47,075 nucleotides of DNA, from NCBI GenBank assembly GCA_021157665.1, contig JAGGWE010000171.1, positions 1 through 47,075 on the forward strand, given 5' to 3'. This DNA is from Sulfurimonas sp. GTDB lineage: Bacteria; Campylobacterota; Campylobacteria; Campylobacterales; Sulfurimonadaceae. A program made the translations under genes and the position numbers. Position 1 is the stretch's first letter, and every line of letters begins with the position of its first letter. The notes below the pieces were generated by a model that ran no database searches, was not told where the DNA came from, and worked only from the letters and a program-made list of their open reading frames with translations. Of this stretch, positions 20,309-31,287 are shown one piece after another.

Positions 20309-22468
20309 TTAATTTTGTTTATACGCATCATCAGTTCTAATTAACTGTATTACTTTTATTTTATCAGCTATTCTAACACGAAGTGCGTTAATATCAGCTT
20401 CTTTTGATTCAAATCCAAGTTCACAATATTGGACATAATCATCATTATCTTTACCTAATTCTATAGATGTAATATCAATATTTAATTTCACAAGATATGT
20501 TAAAAAGTTTGCTAATGCCCCTTTTTCATTATGAAGTGATGCGATTAAACTATAGTGATATTTATTTTCTTTATTCCATCGTATAAAAACCATAGGCTCA
20601 TGATTTTCTAATTTTTTATAAGCATTTGCACACATTTTATGATGAACATGCACCTTACCTTTTTCCAAAAATGCCATTATCTCATCACCAGATTTTGGAT
20701 GACAACAGTAATCAAAGACAACTTCATTTACATTGGAAACACTAAATATCTCTAAACCTGAAATAATTTTAGATTTTAATTTAAATCTATGTTTTGAGAT
20801 AAAACCTGCAAATCTATTATTTTTAGCTATTTCTGTTGTATATTTACTAATAGCACCTCTATAATGCTCAATATCACATGGTATTTTTGAACGAGAATCA
20901 CAACCATTTTCATCAAACCATTCACTTACTCTTGCATAATTCAAGTTCATTGCAGTAGAAACAATTAAAATACTTGATTTTGCATTTATTTCTCTAATTA
21001 TTGCATTACAATTAGTTCTCATATTTGTTGTAGCTTTAGATGTTTTTACAGCATCTATCCAACTACATCTTGTTCTAACTTCATCTGCTGTATTTATTTT
21101 AACTATATCACCATTACTAAGTTCAGAAAGTAGTGATGATTTTGTTTTATTTAAAAGAGCTGACACAGCTTTATTTCCAACTTCTGTATGAACTGCATAT
21201 GCAAAATCAAGCACTAAAGCTCCACGAGGAAGAGTAAAAGCATCCCCTTTTGGAGAAAATACAGATATATCTTCAGAATAAAGGTCATTTTTAATTAACT
21301 CATAAAAATCTTCAACTGATTCATTTTGATATTGAAGATTATTTAACCAATCAAGTTTTATATTATTATTTCCACCACTTTTATATTTCCAATGAGCAGC
21401 AACTCCAAGTTCTGCAGTTTGATGCATTTCATAAGTTCTAATTTGAACTTCAATAATCGCAGTATTATAAAAAACTGTAGTATGAATAGTTTGATATCCA
21501 TTATCTTTTGCAACTGCAATATAATCTTTAAATCTTGAAGATAATGGCTGAAAATTAAGATGAATAAGACCTAAAATATTGTAACATTTAACTGCATCAG
21601 TAGTTAAAATCCTAATAGCTAAAAGATCAAGAACCTCATCAATACCAACACCTTTTCTCTGCATCTTCAAATAAATAGAATAGCGATGTTTTACACGACT
21701 TATTATCTCAAAATCATCCTCGCAAAAACCATTTTTAATAAGTAAGCTAGAGATAGAATCCCTAAACTCACTTAATTTCATCTCCATAGAGTGATAATTC
21801 GTATCAAGATAATTATCTATATGATGTTTTTCCTCTTTAAAAAGGTATGAAAAACTTAAATCTTCTAAAATATTTTTTAAAAAACTTATCCCTAAACGGT
21901 GTGCGATAGGTGCATAAACAACAAGTGTTTCTTCTGCAATACGAATCTGCTTATGCTCAGGTAAAGCATCAAGAGTTAGCATATTATGAAGTCTATCACA
22001 AAGTTTTACAACTAAAACTCTTACATCTTCTATACTAGCGAGTAACATTTTTCTAAATGTAAGTGCTGATGTTATTAATTTTTCATTTGATGTTGATGGA
22101 ACAAGTTCAGAATCTCTAATAGTATCAATTTTGGTAATGCCATCAACTAAATGAGCAACATCTTCCCCAAATTTATCAGAAATTTCTTTTATTGTTATAT
22201 CGGTATCTTCAACTACATCATGGAGTAAAGCTGCTATAGCCATAGACTCATCATTTGTTATAGAAGAAACTATACTTGCTACTAAGATTGGGTGTATTAT
22301 GTAAGGTTCACCACTTTTTCTGACTTGCTTTTGATGAGCTTTTTTGGAGTATTCTAATGCTTCTTTTAAAGAATCACTAGCTTCCATGTGGGAGAAAAGG
22401 TATGCTGATGCCGAGTCAACATCATGTAGATGCTTAACCTTTTCTATATCTAATTGACTCAGATTCAA
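20309..22468 (-). CDS. spoT: Bifunctional (p)ppGpp synthetase/hydrolase
   Basis: RKSGEPYIIHP, LHDVVED, synthetase EVQIRT, plus TGS and ACT regions. Confidence 0.95.
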   Translation of the reverse strand: MNLSQLDIEKVKHLHDVDSASAYLFSHMEASDSLKEALEYSKKAHQKQVRKSGEPYIIHPILVASIVSSITNDESMAIAALLHDVVEDTDITIKEISDKFGEDVAHLVDGITKIDTIRDSELVPSTSNEKLITSALTFRKMLLASIEDVRVLVVKLCDRLHNMLTLDALPEHKQIRIAEETLVVYAPIAHRLGISFLKNILEDLSFSYLFKEEKHHIDNYLDTNYHSMEMKLSEFRDSISSLLIKNGFCEDDFEIISRVKHRYSIYLKMQRKGVGIDEVLDLLAIRILTTDAVKCYNILGLIHLNFQPLSSRFKDYIAVAKDNGYQTIHTTVFYNTAIIEVQIRTYEMHQTAELGVAAHWKYKSGGNNNIKLDWLNNLQYQNESVEDFYELIKNDLYSEDISVFSPKGDAFTLPRGALVLDFAYAVHTEVGNKAVSALLNKTKSSLLSELSNGDIVKINTADEVRTRCSWIDAVKTSKATTNMRTNCNAIIREINAKSSILIVSTAMNLNYARVSEWFDENGCDSRSKIPCDIEHYRGAISKYTTEIAKNNRFAGFISKHRFKLKSKIISGLEIFSVSNVNEVVFDYCCHPKSGDEIMAFLEKGKVHVHHKMCANAYKKLENHEPMVFIRWNKENKYHYSLIASLHNEKGALANFLTYLVKLNIDITSIELGKDNDDYVQYCELGFESKEADINALRVRIADKIKVIQLIRTDDAYKQN

Positions 22469-22469
22469 A

Positions 22470-22694
22470 TTACTTTTTCTCTATATCTACAAAGCCTTTA
22501 ACTCTTACAAGTCCTTCAGCTAATTCCATTAATGCTAAATCTGCTGCTTTAACACTTTTAGGATCTATATTCAACTTACTTGGGCTTCCATTTAAAAGTT
22601 CGTCAGTTCTTTTTGCCACAGCTATTGCTAGCTGATAGTTATCCATATTTGGATTTTCTGTTAAAATTTTTGCTGTCAATTCTTCTATTTTCAT
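22470..22694 (-). CDS. rpoZ: RNA polymerase omega subunit
   Basis: 74 aa with YQLAIAVAKR...ALMELAEG. Lies between pyrH and spoT. Confidence 0.9.
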   Translation of the reverse strand: MKIEELTAKILTENPNMDNYQLAIAVAKRTDELLNGSPSKLNIDPKSVKAADLALMELAEGLVRVKGFVDIEKK

Positions 22695-22717
22695 TTATAT
22701 ATTTTCCTTTAATTTTA

Positions 22718-23440
<723 letters not shown>

Positions 23441-23483
23441 TTATAAAATCCGTGAATTATACTCAATAGTGTCTTTAAACTTG

Positions 23484-24779
23484 CTAAAGTTCAATCATAT
23501 CTTGTATTTTTAACTTTATCTCTTTTGCTACTAAATCTATATGTAAAAGTAGATTATAATACTCACCCTTATATGAGAGTGGTACTTTTGTTTGCTCTTG
23601 CACTTCAGACTTAAGTAAAAGCAAATCAGCTACACTTTTTTCCAACTCTTGTTTGCTTAACTCACTCGTCTTTTCAAGTACATCTAATCTTTTATACCAT
23701 TTGTAAATCTTTGACCTAATACTCCATGCATAAAGTGGTAATATACCTTTAAACAATGGAAATAATAAAGTTAGTAAGGGTATTAGTAAAATTTTTAACC
23801 TATCAATCTGTGACGCAATCCAAAATGGAAAAATAGACTCAAGCCAACTATCTCCATTTGTTAAATAGTTTTTAGCTTCTTTATTTATAGATGTATCTAA
23901 GTTACTCAAAGATGGAAACTGATTCTCATCTTCAAAAATAGATTCTTTAGAGTGAACAATTTTAATTTGTTTTACAAAAATTCTAATCAGTTCATCATTT
24001 AAACCCTTATTACAAACTAAATTTGCAGTTGTTGAGAGTAAATTTTTATTTTCAGATGGTAAATTTTTATATAAATCTATAGTTCCCTCATAAAGAGTTA
24101 GTGAAGATAAAAACTTATACTTTTGATTATAAGCTTTTACTCTTTTTAGATTAAGTAACTCTATGCTTGGGTCACTAAGCAATTCAGCAACTTCATCTGA
24201 GTTTGGTGAACTAACCAAAAACATTGCATCTATTTCACCACTTAAAAGTTTGTTTTTTGATTCTTCTGCTGTAAATGACACTAAAGTAGTATTATCAGTT
24301 GTTATACCGTTATCAACTAGCATCCCGATTGCTAGATACTGAGTTCCACTACCATCTCCACCAATAGATACTTTTTTATTTATAAGTTCAACTATATAAT
24401 CTATCGTGTAACCACTATTTTTATAAAAAACCCATAATGGCTCATAATATATACTTGCTAATGATTCTATATCTTGATTATCACTAGAATCTATTATACC
24501 CGCTTGAACAAAGGCGATATCTGCTTTAGAAGAATTTAGCAAATCTAAATTTTCTATAGAACCAGAAGTATTTATAATATTTAACTTTACATTTTGTTTT
24601 GCCAAAAGTTTTTGATACTTTAAGGCTGCCTTATAATAATTCCCAGTAGTAGAACCAGTAGCAATAGTCAACTCTTTTTTAGGAGTATCTTCTATAAAAC
24701 TAGATGCAAAATAAAATATAAATACAAATGAAAAGAAAATCGGTAATATAAGCTTATAAATCATTTGTGAAATTGACAT
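23484..24779 (-). CDS. TAXI-family substrate-binding protein with C-terminal membrane segment
   Basis: IATGSTTGNYY, TSGSIENL, YEPLWVF and GSGT motifs. Hydrophobic LLIPLLTLLFPL near the C-terminus. Confidence 0.8.
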   Translation of the reverse strand: MSISQMIYKLILPIFFSFVFIFYFASSFIEDTPKKELTIATGSTTGNYYKAALKYQKLLAKQNVKLNIINTSGSIENLDLLNSSKADIAFVQAGIIDSSDNQDIESLASIYYEPLWVFYKNSGYTIDYIVELINKKVSIGGDGSGTQYLAIGMLVDNGITTDNTTLVSFTAEESKNKLLSGEIDAMFLVSSPNSDEVAELLSDPSIELLNLKRVKAYNQKYKFLSSLTLYEGTIDLYKNLPSENKNLLSTTANLVCNKGLNDELIRIFVKQIKIVHSKESIFEDENQFPSLSNLDTSINKEAKNYLTNGDSWLESIFPFWIASQIDRLKILLIPLLTLLFPLFKGILPLYAWSIRSKIYKWYKRLDVLEKTSELSKQELEKSVADLLLLKSEVQEQTKVPLSYKGEYYNLLLHIDLVAKEIKLKIQDMIEL

Positions 24780-24796
24780 AATTAAATATCCTTTTT

Positions 24797-26220
24797 TTAA
24801 CTGATTATAATTATATCTTTTTTTGTAAGCTTTTTAATTTTTACTGCACTGTGGTTATAATCAGGTTCTAACGAATCTTTATCTAAAAGATTATTTGTCA
24901 AATAGTTCACTTCTCTATTTGAGATAGGAATAAAAATATTTTTTCTATTTATATTGTCAGTTATAAAAGCTTTACTTTTTATAGCCCCTCTTCTAGATGT
25001 TACTAAAACCTCTTCACCTGAATTTATACCTAATTCATCTGCATCTTGAGTATTTATCTCTACAAAATTAAGCTCTTTAAATTTTAAAAGAGTTTTCGGA
25101 AGCTGTGATTTTGTGCCACTGTGCCACTGATCTCTTGTTCGCCCTGTCAAAAGTATAAAAGGGTATTCTAAATTTGTTTTTTCACTTAAAAATTCATTCT
25201 CTACAAAAAATAGATTTGTTTTTTTATCTTTAGTCAAAAACTCTTTTATATTCTTACCCCAAACAAAAGCCTTAAAAGACAACTCATCATAATCGGCATC
25301 ACATATATCCATATAATCATTGAGTTTTGTCATCTCTTGATACTCTTGAAATATCTCTTTTAGATGCTTGTAGTTAAACTCTTTTTCATAAGCATTTATC
25401 TCAACAACTAATGGAATTTTTTCTATTAGCCTCTCAATGAACTGCTAACATCGTTGAAAGTCCACCAACTTCTCGACCACCCATAGCGTTTGGTTGCCCA
25501 GTTAAACTCAGGGGTCCATTTCCCTCTTTAAATATTTTTCCTGTTAAAAGATGAGTATTTATAAGTGCTAAATTTTTATTTACACCTTGAACTGATTGGT
25601 TAAGTCCCATCGTCCATGCAGTTATGATATTTTCACTCCCTGTATAAAGTTTGAAAAACTCTTCAAACAGCTCTAAAGACAAAACTGTTCTTTTTAACAT
25701 CTCTGAAGTAGAACTATTTTTTAGATATTCAAATCCATTAAGATGCTCTAAAACAAACCTTTCATCATATAATTTTTCATTGATTATTCTTTTAGATATA
25801 AGGTTAAAAAAATCAATATCACTTCCAACTATAAGTGGCAAATACAAATCAGCACTTTTTGCTGTCTCTGTATATCTTGGGTCTATAACTACAACTTTTA
25901 ATCCAGATTTTTTAGATTTTTTTATTTGCACTATAGTAATACCAATCCCCACTAAGAATCAAAAAAGCAAATTAAAAATAAGTCATCATCTACTTCGTTA
26001 AAGCTAATAACTTATTTTTAACCCAAAGGGCGACTATATTGATTCTTAGTGGGGATTGGTATAATCTTCTGTTAAAAGTTGACCAGAGAGGTAAAAACCT
26101 ATTTTTTCTTTAGAACTGTTTTTTATTTTTGTAACTATCATATAGAGCAAAGCTTACCTTTTAAAGAGTTATTTTTATACTCTAGTTCACAACCAACTCC
26201 ACAGGTAGAAGACACCCATG
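24797..26220 (-). pseudogene. Decayed assimilatory nitrate reductase (NasA/NarB-type molybdopterin oxidoreductase)
   Basis: Fragments in gene order: CGVGC...KLC Fe-S remnant (about 26203-26146), VVIDPRYTETA and WTMGLNQS...LTGQPNAMGGREVGGL (25434-25900), LLTGRTRDQWH (24797-25333). Contains stops, large deletions and a MITE insertion. Confidence 0.85.
25940..26061. mobile_element. MITE-like palindromic element, 122 bp
   Basis: Perfect 24-bp inverted repeat ATACCAATCCCCACTAAGAATCAA (25939-25962 / 26039-26062), an inner 12-bp inverted repeat (25972-25983 / 26010-26021), and TAA flanking both sides of 25940-26061. Confidence 0.8.
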
Positions 26221-26244
26221 GATTAGATTTATTTTTATTAAATT

Positions 26245-26772
26245 TTAGTTTAACGCAGTTTTTAGCTCTTCTACTGTTTGTATATATTTAACTTGTGTAA
26301 TTACACTATTATCAAGTGTAACAATAGCAATTTTATCTGCTTTTTCTTCATTTTTTATTTGAGCAGCAATTGTTTTATCATATATTAAAAGTACAGAGAA
26401 TTCACTCTTTTTTAAATCAGGTAAAGCAAATGTATTTCTAATAACAACAGGCATTGGACTAACATCTGCTACAAAATAAGCTTCTCTACTTGTAAGATAA
26501 TCTTTTGATTCTTTTGACAAGAACTCTTTTACAGTATGACCTGTTTCTTTTGCAAAAGATAAAATAAGAGTTTTTGTAGCATTTTTTAATGTATGTTTTT
26601 CATCAAACTGATCTGGTAAAGAAAAAGAGATTTTTGAACCTACATTTAAACCATTTGAAACTTCTGCATTATATTTAGTTGCATCATAGTTATCTGCACT
26701 ATTTAACATAAAAAGAGTAGCACCTCCAATTATTAAAAGCCCTACTAAAGCAAGTACGATTTTTTTCAACAT
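26245..26772 (-). CDS. Hypothetical membrane-anchored protein, possible redoxin-like fold without cysteines
   Basis: N-terminal hydrophobic helix, FSLPDQF motif reminiscent of redoxins, AAGGA RBS. Confidence 0.6.
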   Translation of the reverse strand: MLKKIVLALVGLLIIGGATLFMLNSADNYDATKYNAEVSNGLNVGSKISFSLPDQFDEKHTLKNATKTLILSFAKETGHTVKEFLSKESKDYLTSREAYFVADVSPMPVVIRNTFALPDLKKSEFSVLLIYDKTIAAQIKNEEKADKIAIVTLDNSVITQVKYIQTVEELKTALN

Positions 26773-26930
26773 ATTTTTCCTTGTATATAAAAATTTGTGG
26801 AATTATACCTTTTATAATTGTTACAACTATTAGTAAATAAATTAATTTTAAATTTTAATGATTACTTTTTCATCATCAAGTATTTCTATTAATATATTAT
26901 AATAATACTATAATTTAACTAAGGTGTTTT

Positions 26931-27251
26931 ATGGCAAGCCCTTGCATTAACAAGTCACATTATGACTGCTAATGAAAGGCAACCCTACTCTCTCTTCCTA
27001 TCCTTTCAGGTGCAATACTTCGAATTTTACTTGGCTTTGGTGTTGATAAAATCGGAGCAAAAACAACTGCTCTAATCTCACAAACCATAGTTATTATAGC
27101 CCTTTTAACAGCCTATTTTATGGGTAATAGCATAACTTATAATACCTTGCTTTTAGTAGCCCTTGGTTTTGGTTTTGCAGGAGCAAGAAATATTGGGGTA
27201 GTTATAGACTTTTTATTTGCTCCAAAAATCGCAGAAATTTAGGGTTGCTAA
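26931..27251 (+). pseudogene. NarK/NasA-type MFS nitrate transporter remnant
   Basis: Manual translation gives ATLLSLPILSGAILRILLGFGVDKIGAK...ALGFGFAGA and, after a break, NIGVVIDFLFAPKIAEI*. Frameshifted and internally deleted; absent from the ORF track. Confidence 0.7.
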
Positions 27252-27284
27252 AGAGTTTTCAAGTGATGCTAAAATATAAAAAAT

Positions 27285-27902
27285 CTATTTTAAGGGTATC
27301 AAATTCTCTTGTGGTTTTGTAAGAGAATGAATAACCTCTTGTTCCATCTCTTGTGAAAGTTTCCCTTTTTCTACTAAATCAAGCATTTTATGTAAACGCT
27401 TTTCATTATATTCTTTCTCTTTTAAAATCTGTTCATGATGAAGTTGATCTTGATGAAGTTTATTTTTTAATTCTCTATTTTTTTTGTTATTTAAAAATAA
27501 TAAAAGCATGGCAAAGACGAGTATTATTACTAAAGCTATTGTAATGTAAAATGTATTTTGTATATCATCTTTTTTAGTTACAGCATCTATTTGTGAAGTT
27601 TGTATTTTAGTAGTCGAATCTGTTTTAGCAACATCTTTTTTTGCATCAGCATTCACTTTTGCAATCAACAAGTCATTACTAGATTTAATCTTAGCTATCT
27701 CTATTTTTGTATTTGAATTAATTTTAGAAATTTCAATTTTATTTTCTCTATTTTTTTGATTATTTGCAGATACATAAGAGATTGAATTTGGGTTAACTCC
27801 ATCACGATAACCTTCCATCAAAGAAATTTTATCTTTTGAGGAAGTTTCCTGACAGCCTAAGGTAAAAAGTATTATTAACAAACTTATAAATAATGATTTC
27901 AT
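27285..27902 (-). CDS. Hypothetical lipoprotein with coiled-coil and internal transmembrane helix
   Basis: Lipobox-like TLGC, repeated IEIxKI segments, hydrophobic stretch ITIALVIILVFAMLLLFL. Confidence 0.6.
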   Translation of the reverse strand: MKSLFISLLIILFTLGCQETSSKDKISLMEGYRDGVNPNSISYVSANNQKNRENKIEISKINSNTKIEIAKIKSSNDLLIAKVNADAKKDVAKTDSTTKIQTSQIDAVTKKDDIQNTFYITIALVIILVFAMLLLFLNNKKNRELKNKLHQDQLHHEQILKEKEYNEKRLHKMLDLVEKGKLSQEMEQEVIHSLTKPQENLIPLK

Positions 27903-27909
27903 TTAAAAA

Positions 27910-28530
27910 TTATACTATCTCTTTTTTAACTTTTCGTTTAACATGTCTAGGCTTTTTGTTTTTCTTCTCTTTTCTTGGTGCTGGGGTTGGAGAAAAATCT
28001 TCAAGTTCTAACTCTTTCACCTCTGTTCTCATCAAAAATTCCATACTCTCAAAGATAATCTCTTCATCAGCAGATACAAAACATATAGACTCACCAATCT
28101 CATCAACCAACCTCAAACGAGAAAAATAATCTTGTGAGATTAAAGGTAAATCATAACTTATAACTCGTTCTATATTTGGAAGTTCCATAGATTTTAAAAT
28201 CATATCTGTTGTAATTAAAACTTTTGTTTCACCTACATTAAAAGATAATCTTGCATCATTAATTTGTTCGGCTCTGTGATTTCCATGAATTGCCGTTGCT
28301 TTAATCTCTTTGGCTTTTAAATACTCAGCTAAACTATCAGCATTTTTCTTACTTTTACATAAAACTACTGTCTGCTTTTCATCACTATTTTTTATCAAAA
28401 GCTCAAGCATTCTGTTTTTATCATGTTGTGCAACAAAGTAAACACTTTGCGCTGTTCTTTTAGCAATACTTATAAAGTCATAGTATTTTTTCTCTTTTGG
28501 TTTTGTTACTTCTTTTTCTTCTTCTGGCAT
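27910..28530 (-). CDS. Stand-alone DEAD-box helicase C-terminal domain protein (degenerate motifs)
   Basis: TVVLCKSKKNAD, AIHGN, VLITTD and ISYDLP. No N-terminal DEAD domain; basic C-terminal tail. Confidence 0.75.
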   Translation of the reverse strand: MPEEEKEVTKPKEKKYYDFISIAKRTAQSVYFVAQHDKNRMLELLIKNSDEKQTVVLCKSKKNADSLAEYLKAKEIKATAIHGNHRAEQINDARLSFNVGETKVLITTDMILKSMELPNIERVISYDLPLISQDYFSRLRLVDEIGESICFVSADEEIIFESMEFLMRTEVKELELEDFSPTPAPRKEKKNKKPRHVKRKVKKEIV

Positions 28531-28543
28531 GTGGGTTTCCCTT

Positions 28544-29743
28544 TTATTTTAATTTTCTTATAAACACGACTTTTAAGTAGTCGCCCTCTTTGAACTTAGG
28601 ATTTACTCTAAAATCTTTTGGAAGAGAGAAACTCTCCTCCACTTTATACTTCCCTTTTAACTGATAAAACGCTTTTTTAATAAAATCTCTAAAAGTCATC
28701 ATAGAAAAGTTTGCAGAGTTTGTAGATGCTACAATAACTCCACCATTATTTGTGATTTGTATAGCCTCTTTTAGAAGTTTTACATAATCTTTTGAAGCAG
28801 AAAATGTATGTTTTTTACTTCTTGCAAAACTTGGTGGGTCAAGAACAACCATATCAAAAAGTAGTTTTTTACGAACTGCATATTTGAAGTAGTTAAAAAC
28901 ATCTTCAACTATTATATCTTGAGAATTTGCATCTATGTTATTTACTTCAAACTGCTCTTTTGTCTTGGGTAAACTTCTTTTAGCCAAATCAACACTTGTG
29001 GTTTTTTTAGAACCTCCACATGCAGCAAAAACTGAAAATGCACCAGTGTAAGAGAAAGTATTTAAAACAGTTTTACCTTTTGCATACTTATCACGAATGG
29101 TTTTTCGCACCTCTTTTTGGTCTAAAAACACACCAACCATCGCACCATCATCAAGGTAAATGGCAAAGTTTACACCATTTTCTTTTACAACTAAAGGTTC
29201 AGGTGCTTTTTGCCCAAAAAGAAAATCATCAGCCTCATCAAGATACATCCCCTTAGCATCAAATCTCTTTTTTTGGTAAATCCCCTTGTAATCAACACTC
29301 TGTTTTAATGCCTCTAAAATATCATCTCGAAACTCATAAATCCCGATACTATACCAAGTAACAACATAATAACCATCATAAAAATCGATAGTTAAACCAC
29401 CAATTCCATCACCCTCACCGTTAAAAACTCTAAAAGTAGTGGTTGATTCATCAGCATAAAAATCTTCTCTATATTTAAGAGCAGACTTTATTTTTGAGAT
29501 GAAAAAATCAACATCAATTTTTTCATCTTTAGAAGAGCTAAGAATCCAACCAAAACCTTTGTTTTGCTTACCATAATAGCCTTTTACAATGAAGCTATTT
29601 TTAGAGTTAATAAGATTTAAAATAACACCCTCATCACCAACTTTAGAAAAATCAGAAATAGCTTCTTGAGAGATAAGTGGATACCCATTTTTATATTTAT
29701 CAACAAATTCTGGTTTTATTATTAGATTTATCTCTTTATTCAT
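28544..29743 (-). CDS. Class I SAM-dependent rRNA methyltransferase, RlmI/YwbD family
   Basis: RVFNGEGDGIGG, GVFLDQ, VLNTFSYTGAF and LDPPSF motifs. Start moved to ATG 29743 (MNKEINL). Confidence 0.88.
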   Translation of the reverse strand: MNKEINLIIKPEFVDKYKNGYPLISQEAISDFSKVGDEGVILNLINSKNSFIVKGYYGKQNKGFGWILSSSKDEKIDVDFFISKIKSALKYREDFYADESTTTFRVFNGEGDGIGGLTIDFYDGYYVVTWYSIGIYEFRDDILEALKQSVDYKGIYQKKRFDAKGMYLDEADDFLFGQKAPEPLVVKENGVNFAIYLDDGAMVGVFLDQKEVRKTIRDKYAKGKTVLNTFSYTGAFSVFAACGGSKKTTSVDLAKRSLPKTKEQFEVNNIDANSQDIIVEDVFNYFKYAVRKKLLFDMVVLDPPSFARSKKHTFSASKDYVKLLKEAIQITNNGGVIVASTNSANFSMMTFRDFIKKAFYQLKGKYKVEESFSLPKDFRVNPKFKEGDYLKVVFIRKLK

Positions 29744-29970
29744 GATGGAATTATAGTGTAAATTTGAAATATCTTGGCATGTAGCTTTTACATAATTCAG
29801 AAATAATGTATGAGATAAAACGCCCCTCAAAAGGAAAACCATTTTTTTCTAAAAATACTTCACTAATAGAACGTTCACCATTGGCTTTTTATAAGGGTGG
29901 TTTCATTATAATGACACTAATAAATTTCGCCCTATTAATATGGATGAATGCCTAATAATTAAGAGAGTAA

Positions 29971-31287
29971 ATGTTCTGGTTTAATTTTTTCGATAACAAA
30001 ACAACACAACTTCGCCACCCCTTTGGTAGAGGAATAAATGCTACTATCTCTCCAAATGAAGAGAAGTTATTTGACAATTCTCAAGAATCATTTTTAAATA
30101 AAAAGATTTTAGATGCTTATGAGTATTTTTTTGAATCTATGCAAAACTTTACAAATAATAATTCTAATCAAAATATCATAACAAAAAGAAAAGATAAAAA
30201 ACTTTTTTTTGAGATTTTTCAAGGAAGTGCAAAAGTTACAGGTCATATAACACATGAACATCTTTATGCTGAAGTTATAATGATAAAAACATCTTCTGCT
30301 AATGTAGCACTTAAGCGATATATTTTAGAAAGAAATTATCAATTTACTTATGCTTATTATTTTAGTGATAACAATTATATAAAACTAAAACTTTACCATG
30401 ACAACATAACTATGACCCCTCAAAAAATCTTTTTTCCTCTTCGTGAAATCGCATTAAATGCTGACTTTGATAAAGAATATATGAAAACTGAATTTGAAAA
30501 TGTAGAACTCGAAGAGATTTCTCATCTTCAAAAATTAGATGAAGATGAGTTAACAATAAAATATAACTCTCTACAAGAATGGATAAAAGAATTAAATGAA
30601 AAAATAGCAACACTACCATCAAATGATAATGCTGGAATGCAAGCATTTTTTCTTCTAAACACTATGTATAAATTAGATTATTTACTTGTTCCAAAGTATG
30701 AAATCTATCAAAAATCAAGTAAAAAAATTCAAGAATATTTTAATGATGAAACTACATCTATAGAATCTAAAAATAATGAAATAAGAGACTATATAAATGA
30801 ACTCAGTAAGATGGATTTTAACAAATTTAGCGAAAACTTTTATAATGCTAAATATACTTTTAACCCTACTGAAAAAACTGAAAAAGAAAATATGGATAAT
30901 TTCATAAATGAATCACTTCTTAAAATAAGATGGTATAGAAATAATCGATATAATCAAATCATCCCAACAATTTATAAATATATCGCTTTTTATGTCCTTT
31001 ATAACTATGGCTTAAATCCTGTTTTAAAAGATTTACTACACACTTTTGTAGAGATTCAAAACAGTAAATTTTTTAAAGCACTTGATTATGATGAACTTTA
31101 TAATGAACAAACAAATATTTTTAATGAAAAAGTTATTATCTCAAAAATAGATGATTGTATTATCTCTCATAAAGATCGTTTTAAATCACTTGAAACTTTT
31201 AGTAGTGAACTTAATTTCAGTTCTTTAAATGAATTTTCTAATAGCTTTTATCTTCAAATCCAAAATTTAAATTTTGAGGAGATATAG
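29971..31287 (+). CDS. Hypothetical protein with probable YbjN/CesT-like N-terminal domain
   Basis: 438-aa ORF. FEIFQGSAKV...LKRYILERNY...IKLKL resembles the YbjN chaperone-fold pattern (judged by eye). Confidence 0.55.
   Translation: MFWFNFFDNKTTQLRHPFGRGINATISPNEEKLFDNSQESFLNKKILDAYEYFFESMQNFTNNNSNQNIITKRKDKKLFFEIFQGSAKVTGHITHEHLYAEVIMIKTSSANVALKRYILERNYQFTYAYYFSDNNYIKLKLYHDNITMTPQKIFFPLREIALNADFDKEYMKTEFENVELEEISHLQKLDEDELTIKYNSLQEWIKELNEKIATLPSNDNAGMQAFFLLNTMYKLDYLLVPKYEIYQKSSKKIQEYFNDETTSIESKNNEIRDYINELSKMDFNKFSENFYNAKYTFNPTEKTEKENMDNFINESLLKIRWYRNNRYNQIIPTIYKYIAFYVLYNYGLNPVLKDLLHTFVEIQNSKFFKALDYDELYNEQTNIFNEKVIISKIDDCIISHKDRFKSLETFSSELNFSSLNEFSNSFYLQIQNLNFEEI

Noticed and set aside
25434-26291. 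ORFs 25434..25952, 25651..26001 and 26079..26291 as real genes
   Set aside because: The first is a pseudogene fragment whose start comes from the MITE terminus. The other two are antisense shadows of the pseudogene.
29744-29970. Possible riboswitch or sRNA in the divergent intergenic region, and the 33-aa extension of the methyltransferase ORF
   Set aside because: Only a weak G-U-rich pairing (AAACCATTT / GGGTGGTTT) and no recognisable aptamer consensus. The extension has no family features. An Rfam scan would settle it.
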